Below are positions 51,150 through 59,911 of a stretch of 64,000 bases of DNA, in pieces. The translations under genes and the position numbers were made by a program. This stretch comes from Giardia intestinalis (taxonomy: Eukaryota). Position 1 is the first letter of the stretch; each line of letters starts with the position of its first letter. The stretch lies in assembly GCA_000002435.2 (NCBI GenBank), contig CM018791.1, one strand, 5' to 3'. The notes under the pieces are model-generated. The model was not told where the DNA came from, did not search any database, and saw only the letters and a program-made list of their open reading frames with translations.

Positions 51150-52898
51150 ATGAGTGGTACATACAGCCTGGAGGATATGGCGGGGTACCATTCGATCTAT
51201 GATGATGTTACTCTCCCACCAATCACCCTCACATACTTGCCCACTGGTCAGCAAATCACAACTAAGTCTGAAATACCTGTGGGCCAGGCATTGAAGGTGT
51301 TTGATCCCGAAATCAACGCCATAGCCGCTCTCGTTAACAATGAGATCTTAAGCCTCAATGAAAAGTTGGACATAAGCAGCACAATAGAGCCTATATTCTT
51401 CAAAGGCGAGTATGCGCGCCAGATCTTTTGTGACTCTTTCACGGTGGCACTGCAGGCTGCTGCAACTAAGCTCTTTCGCGGGCAGGCTCTTGAATGTTGC
51501 TACATCATGCAGAATGCTAGGTTTTTCAAGTTCACCGACATGGCCCTTACTCGTGACGATCTAGACGCTCTAAAGGCTTTATTGATCGACATCTCAGACG
51601 CTGACCTCAAAATCTCGCGTACTACTGTTTCGTTTAACGACGCACTTCACTACCTAAAGGAAATTCATCATAAGGGCTCTTGTAACCTGCTTACGTCTAT
51701 CAACACGTCAAAGGTTTCTATGGCAAGAATATACTCCAAAGAGCTTAGTATTGATTTCAGAACCCTCTGGATTTCTACGCTCGCACCTTCTACCGGCGTC
51801 TTAGGAAAGAATCTATGGACGATGAAGCTTCACGATGCAGGGATACTTGTTCATCTCACCGATGACTTTGTCAATGTTAAGCCTCCCAATGCTAAGCTTG
51901 AGAGCCAACTTGCTCCAATCATGATGGCCTATAAAAACTGGTCATCTGTCCTTCGGGTGCCGAATGTAGCGGCTTTGAATGAACTAATTCCTAACAGGAC
52001 AAGAATTCGTGAGTTCATCAACACGTGCGAGTTCAGACACGAGAAGCACATTTCTGAAGTAGCTAAATCTATCCCAGATGATGTCCGCTGCATCTTTGTA
52101 GCTGGCCCCAGCTCGTCATCTAAAACCACGTTCAGCAACAGGCTCTCTGTGCATCTCCGTACTCGCAACTTCCAGCCCATCCGCGTCAGCCTAGATGACT
52201 ATTATATGAATCCGGATAATATCCCCCGTCTAGAGAACGACCCAACAAAGCCAGATTTTGAACATATAGAAGCGCTGGATCTTAAGAGGCTGAGCGAAAA
52301 CCTTCACGGATTACTTAATGGAGAAGAGGTGACCATGGCCCATTATGACTTCAGGACGAAGACTGCAGGAGACGGCAAGAAGCTGAAGCTTCCGTCGGGC
52401 GGGGTCCTCATAATTGAGGGCATCCACGCTCTGAATGACCGCATAACCTCTGCTGTTCCTGCTGATAAGAGGTGTAGAATCTTTATACAGCCAGTGGGAA
52501 ACTTGATCTGGGACGAGCTGCGTCTGTTTGAAAGCGTGGATACACGCCTACTTCGCAGAATGTGTCGTGACTTTGTTTTCAGGAACCGCAGCGCAGATGG
52601 CACATTGGACTTTTGGCCAAGCGTCAGAGCTGGCGAAGAACGCTGGATATTGTCGAACCAGAGTAAGTGTGAGATATACTTCAACTCTTCAGTGCTGTAC
52701 GAGCTCTTCACGCTCAAGGTCTTTGCAATTCCACTTCTCAAGTCAGTGCCACAATCTAGCCGCAACTTCCCATCGGCCCGTCGTCTCCTGCGCCTTCTGG
52801 AGCCATTTCTCCCCATACCCGTTGAGCTAACTCCAGAGATTTCCCTTAGTCGCGAGTTTCTTCCATCTGGAAGCATCTTCGAAGACTTCTTCTTCTAG
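51150..52898 (+). CDS. uridine kinase / phosphoribulokinase-family P-loop kinase with N-terminal TGS-like domain
   Basis: ATG at 51150. N-terminal beta-grasp-like segment (TLTYLPTGQQITTKSEIPVGQALKVF...ALVNNEILSLNEKLDISSTIEPIF). P-loop IFVAGPSSSSKTTFSNRL. LIIEGIHALNDR. Confidence 0.75.
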   Translation: MSGTYSLEDMAGYHSIYDDVTLPPITLTYLPTGQQITTKSEIPVGQALKVFDPEINAIAALVNNEILSLNEKLDISSTIEPIFFKGEYARQIFCDSFTVALQAAATKLFRGQALECCYIMQNARFFKFTDMALTRDDLDALKALLIDISDADLKISRTTVSFNDALHYLKEIHHKGSCNLLTSINTSKVSMARIYSKELSIDFRTLWISTLAPSTGVLGKNLWTMKLHDAGILVHLTDDFVNVKPPNAKLESQLAPIMMAYKNWSSVLRVPNVAALNELIPNRTRIREFINTCEFRHEKHISEVAKSIPDDVRCIFVAGPSSSSKTTFSNRLSVHLRTRNFQPIRVSLDDYYMNPDNIPRLENDPTKPDFEHIEALDLKRLSENLHGLLNGEEVTMAHYDFRTKTAGDGKKLKLPSGGVLIIEGIHALNDRITSAVPADKRCRIFIQPVGNLIWDELRLFESVDTRLLRRMCRDFVFRNRSADGTLDFWPSVRAGEERWILSNQSKCEIYFNSSVLYELFTLKVFAIPLLKSVPQSSRNFPSARRLLRLLEPFLPIPVELTPEISLSREFLPSGSIFEDFFF

Positions 52899-52979
52899 CC
52901 CCGCGTGTGGTGGTCTTACTTGTTTACATTCAATCCTTGAGTGAATTTGGGTGGTTGAGGTCTGATTAAAGATTCAAAA

Positions 52980-55898
52980 ATGACGCGGTTAGCGACTCTC
53001 ATGTCTCGGTATCAGCTTCTAAGCAAGCTGGGCAAAGGATCCAGGAGCACGATATACCTGGCTCAAGACAATGAAACAGGCAATTATTTGGCATGTAAAG
53101 AACTTTGTTATCGCGACTGGGATTCGTCGGAACTGAGCCTTCTAGAACATGAGATAATGGTAAATAGGGCGCTAGTTCATCCTAACATTATGCGGTATCA
53201 ATATATTCTTAACGATAAGGAGAACTGTCGCTATTACCTCTTGATGAGTTACTTTTCTAAATCAGATTTGGGGTACCAGCTCGTCAAGCGTAAGGAAACA
53301 CATGCACGATTCAAGGAGGCAACCATATGGACTCTCATGGCGCAGTTGTATGATGTGCTTCTTTATTTGCACTCTGTTGATAAGCGCCACAGTACTGATA
53401 TCTCCATTGCTCTATTAAGGGATTTCAGACCATCCAATTTCTTTCTGTCTAGTCGCGGTATTATTCAAATTAAATCTTTGCAGCACCTCAAGCTTCTCGA
53501 ATTTGGCTCTGTAGAGGCCGAGCCGTTTGCAAGCAAGCTTCCTCCACTGCTCGTACCATATTTGGCACCCGATGTTTTGCAAGGAAACTATTACAGCGCA
53601 TCATCTGATATCTGGTCTCTAGGATGCCTTCTCTATGAGTTGTGTACATTTCAGGCCTTTGTTACAGGGCGTACACCCAACGATGTCCTCCAGGCGCTAG
53701 CAGGCGCTAGACACCCCATTGTTTTGGACCATTATTCACAAAGCTTATCACACGTTCTCAGCCTTATGCTCCAGCCCAATTCCCGAGATCGCATTACCCT
53801 GAAGCAGTTGGGGTCGTTTCCACAGCTAAAGTCGGCCTGGGAGCAATATAAGGCATACATCACCCACACAAGGAAACCTGTGGGTGATCCTATACCCTTA
53901 CTGTTCCATTGCAAGTGCGGTGGGGATGGCCATAGTTGCTGCCTGGATGCTCGCCGCAAGAATGGCCTTCCAGATACATATATTTCGCGGAGAGACCTCC
54001 AGAGTGATGCAGTGACTCCGGCTAACCTCTGGCAACAAAGCACCTCTTCTCGCTTACTAGCTTCCAAGCGCCACAAGTCTAACGGCGAATTCGAGGTTGT
54101 CCACGTGAATCAGCGTGCAGAAGACGAGGATGGAATTAAATATGAACGCTTGGAATCAGATGCTCTTGCGCTGGAAGATAGATTGGGTTACACACCGAAT
54201 GCAACGGGTGTTGTATTTACACAACCGGCCATACAGGCAATCGATCTGAACAGTACACGCCAATCTCCATCGAATACCACCAAGGAGTCATACTTTGCAA
54301 CTCATGGGCGCTACCCCAAAGGGGTTGTGAACCGCCTAGTCTATAGCAATGAAAATAGCCGTATGGAGGGCGGCGGGGCGCTGCAAACTCAATTTGAATT
54401 GGTAGAAAAAGTCATTGAAGACTCTCCTTCTATTAGAAATCCGTCCAGCGCGAAATATATAGAATATGGCAATTTTGCAGGCCGCACTATGCTCAACACA
54501 ACCATCGGTGGTCAAGGAAACATGACAATGATGGGAGGAGTTCTTGGCCCTGTGAATGTAGATGAGATTTTCAAGGGCGAGGAGGTTGAGACACAGGATA
54601 GGGCATGCAGTCCGATTATCGTTAGTGTGCATTCTCCCAACTACACTAGAACAGAGCTTGACAGCCTGATGACAAACGATGGTGTCACACGCCATACTAG
54701 AAAGCATAGAAACGAGTTCGGTGATACAATCAGCACCTGCTGGCAGCCTTCTCTAAAGAGCAATATTTCTTCTGTAAGGACTCTTGACTTGGATGAAAAG
54801 GTTGCTTCAATTAACATGCCTTCGACACCAAATCACCGTCTAAGGGACAGTAGCTATGATATTTATCCCACATTAAATTCTAGCGGAGGTATGGCAGAAT
54901 CTCTATATGCCAATTCTCTTTCTCCGCCGAAGAAAAACAAAACCTCTATCAATGATAGCCATGACTCTAAGATCACTAGCCATATTTTCTCGCCGTCCTA
55001 CAAGGCATCCTTTTATGATCCAAAAATGCTATCCACACCGAAGGCTTTCGAGGCATTTAGCTCTGATGAAGAAGGACAGCATAGTGATGTGCCGCAAGAG
55101 GTAATTAACTACCGTCGAAGCCCCCCTGCATCCTTATATGAAGAGCCTTTACGCTTGGATTACCACAGGCACCCAGTACAGGTGCCTATTGTTTATACTA
55201 CTGATGATACGGTTTCATACATTGATATTCTTAAAAGCACACAATCCACAACCAGAGCAGTTGGTCCTAATAAACCGGAAAAGCTGAAGAAACAGAAGAA
55301 GTCCAAAGAACCTACCCAGCCCCCTGTAATATCATTTGAGGACGATTGCTCTGTTGGTAGACTACCTACGCCTGATAGGACAATGATAAAGGTAAGCCAC
55401 CGGGATTCTATCAGAGAGCCAGGAAACGATGATCATCTTATTTCTGCGTATTCTCGATGGTCGTCGCCTTCAATTACTCCACAACCTCCTGCAGCACCCT
55501 GCACATATGAACATTATCATGCATCGTATGTCCCACGTAATAAGCTAACGCCGCCGAAGACAATACAGGTTCCGCTCCCAGGCGACTACACTCACTATGC
55601 CTTTTCATCAAATAAGATTGAAAAATCATCAGCATTAGCCAAAGACATACATGGTGCGCATGAGCCTACGTCTACCAACAATCTAGCACTGTCCAGGAAC
55701 AGCATTGCACATGTTTATGAGACGCATTTTCTGCCCCATGAAAGGTATGTTTCTAAGCATGAGTTACAAAGAACACACCCTGTCACGTTTTCTATGTTAA
55801 ACACTACCACTAACGGGACAAGAAGCGGAGCAGAGGGGTTGAGAAATACGCTATCCACTGACAGAGGTGTTGGAAGCTCAAGTCAAGTCACTTTGTAA
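52980..55898 (+). CDS. NEK-like kinase paralog (pseudokinase-like) with CKCGGDGHSCC motif and ~650-aa low-complexity tail
   Basis: ATG at 52980 (alternative at 53001: MSRYQLLSKLGKGSRS). LACKELCY...SDIWSLGCLLYELCTF. RDFRPSN for HRDLKPxN and EFG for DFG. Confidence 0.75.
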   Translation: MTRLATLMSRYQLLSKLGKGSRSTIYLAQDNETGNYLACKELCYRDWDSSELSLLEHEIMVNRALVHPNIMRYQYILNDKENCRYYLLMSYFSKSDLGYQLVKRKETHARFKEATIWTLMAQLYDVLLYLHSVDKRHSTDISIALLRDFRPSNFFLSSRGIIQIKSLQHLKLLEFGSVEAEPFASKLPPLLVPYLAPDVLQGNYYSASSDIWSLGCLLYELCTFQAFVTGRTPNDVLQALAGARHPIVLDHYSQSLSHVLSLMLQPNSRDRITLKQLGSFPQLKSAWEQYKAYITHTRKPVGDPIPLLFHCKCGGDGHSCCLDARRKNGLPDTYISRRDLQSDAVTPANLWQQSTSSRLLASKRHKSNGEFEVVHVNQRAEDEDGIKYERLESDALALEDRLGYTPNATGVVFTQPAIQAIDLNSTRQSPSNTTKESYFATHGRYPKGVVNRLVYSNENSRMEGGGALQTQFELVEKVIEDSPSIRNPSSAKYIEYGNFAGRTMLNTTIGGQGNMTMMGGVLGPVNVDEIFKGEEVETQDRACSPIIVSVHSPNYTRTELDSLMTNDGVTRHTRKHRNEFGDTISTCWQPSLKSNISSVRTLDLDEKVASINMPSTPNHRLRDSSYDIYPTLNSSGGMAESLYANSLSPPKKNKTSINDSHDSKITSHIFSPSYKASFYDPKMLSTPKAFEAFSSDEEGQHSDVPQEVINYRRSPPASLYEEPLRLDYHRHPVQVPIVYTTDDTVSYIDILKSTQSTTRAVGPNKPEKLKKQKKSKEPTQPPVISFEDDCSVGRLPTPDRTMIKVSHRDSIREPGNDDHLISAYSRWSSPSITPQPPAAPCTYEHYHASYVPRNKLTPPKTIQVPLPGDYTHYAFSSNKIEKSSALAKDIHGAHEPTSTNNLALSRNSIAHVYETHFLPHERYVSKHELQRTHPVTFSMLNTTTNGTRSGAEGLRNTLSTDRGVGSSSQVTL

Positions 55899-55954
55899 GC
55901 CACACCATATGTCAATAAGTGAATGGCTGCTTGGAAATCATTTCTGTTATAAAA

Positions 55955-58075
55955 ATGGCAAATCAGATTCTGGCCGGTGTCCTTCAATTAGAGCAGGTCC
56001 TGGCCACCGGAGAACACAGTGTCATATATCAGTGCGCTGACTTACGGACTGGGAGTACATACGCATGTAAGAAGATCTGTTATTCACGATTTGATCAGCT
56101 TAAAGAAGACGCTCTTAACCACGAACTTGCTGTCGTGCATAGAGCTAATCATGGAAATGTGGTTGCATACTTAGATGTTATACATGATAAACCATGCCAA
56201 ACATATTACATTATTATGCCTTTTTACAGATTTTACGATCTAGGAACGCAAATTTGTAAGAAAATTGAAGAGGGCGGTCGTTTTGAAGAGGCATGCGTTT
56301 GGCTAATATTAGTGCAGTGTCTTCTTGCTCTAGACTACCTTGACACGGAGCTCTCTGACGTCGACGCAGATGCACGTCCCACAAATAAGCTTGTCTTCGG
56401 AAACATTCGGCCCACCAGTATCTATGTTGATTTGCAAGGGAATACGTACATAAATACATTTAGATTGTCAAAGTATCCTTCGCTTTTGAATGGCACTGCA
56501 GCTCCCAAGTTAGCACCATACTGGGCTCCAGAGCAGCTCATGAACTATTCACATAGTAGTAAGATAGAGATTTGGTCGCTAGGTTGCATAGTTTACGAAA
56601 TGTGTCTCTTGCACAGTTTGTTCAGAGGCACATGCGAAGACGTATTAGAGCAAATACAGAAGCTAAGGCGACCTGTCAAGCTGCCTAATTACTCAGCACA
56701 GTTGGAGGAGGTAGTTAACAGCCTTCTAGAGCCGTCTCCAGACAAACGTCTCTCTGCAGCAGAGCTCCTCAAGCATCCGACAATCTTGGAGTACAAGCGC
56801 TTTTATGATGAGCAGATAGTTTCTAGGAAGCTTGCCTTAGGGCACCAGCTTCCACGGATGGGTCTTTGCAAAATCTGCGGCGGGAATGGATTAGATTGTT
56901 GCGAAATAGTTCGACTTGCAGTTGCCAACAGCAAAAGGCTATCTTATATAGATGAGCATGGGAATCTTGTTTACGTAGATACTCTTGCAGAGCAAAAGGC
57001 AGGGATCGCCCGTGTAGCCAATCAGCGAACTATGGACCGCATTTATTCTGTGATTAATCCAGATTCTCGGAAGGCAAATTACTTCAATATTCAGCCAGTG
57101 ACGAAGGATATGATTCGAGCTAAGCAACAAGCCAGCTATGCATGGAAATCTGCACAAGATGAAGGTAGAACTAAAGGTGAAAACGCCCACTCTATTGTAA
57201 TGAATTCAATAAAAGATGGATACAAGTACAACGAGCAGCGCAACTATTTCCCCAAAGAAAGATATCGAGACCCAAACACATATCCGCTTACTAATCTAGT
57301 TCCAGTAACGCTGATCCAATCTGCAGAGCATAAGCAAGGAACGAGATTGCAGTTAGCTTCTAGACAACGGAACGAGCTGGATCAATGGAGCTATGAGGGA
57401 CTAGACACAATAAACTTCAAGACGCAATACTCAGAGCAGCCGTCATGGGCATACTCCGGCAACACAGATATGAAGGATGTACCCAGTATCGTCTCTAATG
57501 CAGAGGAGCGAGCAGTTAGGCAAGATAATAATGATGCACCTTCTTATAAAGTAGGGCATAGTAGCGGCTTTTCCAGCACTATCGGCAATTCGTCTTTTAT
57601 CGACGAGCTTCTCTTCCAGGTAAGGTCCGTATCTCCACCTAAGCCGGTCTGTAAGGACTTCGTTCCGCTAGTGTATGCGAATTCTTCGACGCCTCCTCCC
57701 AGCTATCAGTCGATGAACAGTGTCCCAGTAACAAAGGTAACTACAGAGTACGAGCTCTTCCAACCGTCTATTCATACACTACTAAATCCGTCAGTGAACC
57801 ATGCCAGTCCAGCAGACACATCGGTACAGAGCGTAGCGCCTGTGAACATTTCGGGGCCCAGCGCCCACAGAGATGGGCCACAAGCGTTGCAGGCATCAGG
57901 ACTAGAGCCTAAGTCGTCTCTACTCGTGTCCAGCGCTGTACCATCTAAGGCATCCACAATCTACAAGAAGGAACCGCTCTCCACTTCAGTCACTTCAGTA
58001 TACAAAGACTCTGCGCTCTATGTCTCATCTGTTAACCCAGCTAGCGAGTATATGCCAGAACAAAAGCAAAAGTAG
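55955..58075 (+). CDS. NEK-like kinase paralog (pseudokinase-like) with CKICGGNGLDCC motif
   Basis: Track start 55919 is GTG; the first in-frame ATG is 55955 (MANQILAGVLQLEQVLATGEHSVIYQCADL). ...YACKKICY...EIWSLGCIVYEMC. 56 bp after the previous kinase stop. Confidence 0.75.
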   Translation: MANQILAGVLQLEQVLATGEHSVIYQCADLRTGSTYACKKICYSRFDQLKEDALNHELAVVHRANHGNVVAYLDVIHDKPCQTYYIIMPFYRFYDLGTQICKKIEEGGRFEEACVWLILVQCLLALDYLDTELSDVDADARPTNKLVFGNIRPTSIYVDLQGNTYINTFRLSKYPSLLNGTAAPKLAPYWAPEQLMNYSHSSKIEIWSLGCIVYEMCLLHSLFRGTCEDVLEQIQKLRRPVKLPNYSAQLEEVVNSLLEPSPDKRLSAAELLKHPTILEYKRFYDEQIVSRKLALGHQLPRMGLCKICGGNGLDCCEIVRLAVANSKRLSYIDEHGNLVYVDTLAEQKAGIARVANQRTMDRIYSVINPDSRKANYFNIQPVTKDMIRAKQQASYAWKSAQDEGRTKGENAHSIVMNSIKDGYKYNEQRNYFPKERYRDPNTYPLTNLVPVTLIQSAEHKQGTRLQLASRQRNELDQWSYEGLDTINFKTQYSEQPSWAYSGNTDMKDVPSIVSNAEERAVRQDNNDAPSYKVGHSSGFSSTIGNSSFIDELLFQVRSVSPPKPVCKDFVPLVYANSSTPPPSYQSMNSVPVTKVTTEYELFQPSIHTLLNPSVNHASPADTSVQSVAPVNISGPSAHRDGPQALQASGLEPKSSLLVSSAVPSKASTIYKKEPLSTSVTSVYKDSALYVSSVNPASEYMPEQKQK

Positions 58076-58226
58076 CTGGCTCTGATGACCGGCCTTATAT
58101 TTTAAGTAAGTTCAGGACTTAAGATGTGTTAGTTCAAAAATAACAGACAAGTAATTCCACTAGTGTTTAAGTTGCATATCTTAATGTGTTATATGTGAGG
58201 GCTGGCCGACTGAAAGTATGCTTTGA

Positions 58227-59714
58227 TTAATTTGTGCTTGAGTCTAGGGTAAGAGTTGTTTCTCGCTCTGTCATTTCCAGAGCCGTTACTAGCGTTGTAA
58301 GGGTTGACTGATCAGCAAATGTTTGCCCCATATGGTCAGCTGCTTCATTTTCTTCTTTATCTTTATCCATACTTACATCTTTTGATTCTCTTATGGAGCA
58401 CGGGGGGACCGCAAGTCTTGCAGTCGGCTCTAGACCTGTTGCACTTAAGGAGATTATGCGTGGGGCACTCACTTTAGCCTGGCGTGCAGTAGCTTCAGCT
58501 AGCAGGATATTATCGTCTTCAATGTTAGTAGATTTATCGACATAAATCTCGATATTTGAGTCGTTAGGAATGACCGGAACAAGTACCACATTGCATCCTG
58601 AAAGCCGAATATCAGACAGAACGCTACTGAACTCTATGAGTGTCTGTTCTTCACTCTTTACGGCATCTAAGATCTGTTCTGGTGACAGCAGTGTATATGG
58701 TAAGGAGCGGTTTCCGTAGAACTCTCCTTGTTTTGTGTGCAAGAACATGTCCCAGTTGACTGCAAGACAGTCGTGCTCAAATAGTGTTTCGGCCTGTAGG
58801 CCTAAGAGGAAATTTAAAGCAGCCTCGCCGAATTCTTCGCTACTGTAGTTTGATAACTGGATGTTTTGGCTAACATCTTCAACGCTTTCAACAATCTGAT
58901 TGTCGTCTTTAATCACAAATTGGTCGTCAGAATCTTTGTGTATTGTTTCATGGAAGTACTCTTTAACCAACTGAATATGCTCCTTATATGTGTACCCGGG
59001 CTTAAAGCAAAAGATAGTGAACAAGAGTGCAGTGTTCTCGACACTGTAAAGTCCTTCTAGTCTAAGGTAAAGCAGCCAATTGTACTTAGGAGACCTAGAC
59101 GAAATTCCAAAGGGCTGCAGATTGACAGGCTTCTTGCAAATAAGTCTTGCTAAATTAACTAGAGTGCTGATGAAAATGGTAAGCCGTTTGAGCTTCGTCA
59201 GGGAGCATATGAGAACAGACTTGGATCCCTTACCAGCAGCCATTATCTGCCTGACTAATTGTACAGTCTTCTGTCTGTCTTGAGATAATTCAACATAGGC
59301 ACGCTGGAGCTCAACAAGAGTCTTTAGCTTCGCCGTGTACACTTCTAAATACTCCGAATGAGACGAAAGAATAATGCTTGCATAGTTTCGTTCCAGTGGC
59401 GGTATATCTAAGGCTTTCCAAAGAGGTATGAGCGACCCAAATGGCTTACGTAGCCAAGCTGAAGACTCGGATGGTGACTTCAGTGGGCGCCTTTCACGAT
59501 GAGCTAGGTTTATAGACGAGTATATCTGCCTGTCTACCAGTCTATTAGCTTTGAGGGAGCCTGTGTGTAGTGATACGTTATCGGGAGAAAGCAATCGCGT
59601 CTCTCTTCTACTTCTGCCTCTTCCAAGCACTCTTTCTAGACTGCTGTTTTTTCCTGGAGAGGAAGAAATCCGATATATGTCCTGGTACGAACACCCGGTG
59701 GTGTGGGAAGACAT
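58227..59714 (-). CDS. coiled-coil protein, paralog B of 33871..36540
   Basis: Track start 59783 is TTG. Upstream in-frame there is a stop (TAA at 59838..59836) with no ATG; the first ATG is 59714..59712 (MSSHTTGCSYQ...). Shared blocks listed under paralog A. Confidence 0.6.
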   Translation of the reverse strand: MSSHTTGCSYQDIYRISSSPGKNSSLERVLGRGRSRRETRLLSPDNVSLHTGSLKANRLVDRQIYSSINLAHRERRPLKSPSESSAWLRKPFGSLIPLWKALDIPPLERNYASIILSSHSEYLEVYTAKLKTLVELQRAYVELSQDRQKTVQLVRQIMAAGKGSKSVLICSLTKLKRLTIFISTLVNLARLICKKPVNLQPFGISSRSPKYNWLLYLRLEGLYSVENTALLFTIFCFKPGYTYKEHIQLVKEYFHETIHKDSDDQFVIKDDNQIVESVEDVSQNIQLSNYSSEEFGEAALNFLLGLQAETLFEHDCLAVNWDMFLHTKQGEFYGNRSLPYTLLSPEQILDAVKSEEQTLIEFSSVLSDIRLSGCNVVLVPVIPNDSNIEIYVDKSTNIEDDNILLAEATARQAKVSAPRIISLSATGLEPTARLAVPPCSIRESKDVSMDKDKEENEAADHMGQTFADQSTLTTLVTALEMTERETTLTLDSSTN

Positions 59715-59911
59715 TAAAAAGTTTTTGAGGACAGGTTTTAAAGGATAGTTTGGGCAGTTATAGCTGGAGCTGATGCGTGGCAACCTACCCTTGTCAACCC
59801 TTTCATTACTAAAATGTGTTTGCCATTCTCCATATTATCAATTTTAAAGTATTGATACAATGCGCAGATAAGACCCAAATTCACTTCTGAGTATAGAGGG
59901 GGGTTACGTTG

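Noticed and set aside
5446-59783. ORF-track start codons at 5446, 27209, 33824, 36558, 38060, 41034, 55919, 59783, 63586 and 63998
   Set aside because: These 'M' residues are TTG or GTG codons. That is inappropriate for a eukaryote, so the starts were moved to the first in-frame ATG after checking for upstream stops.
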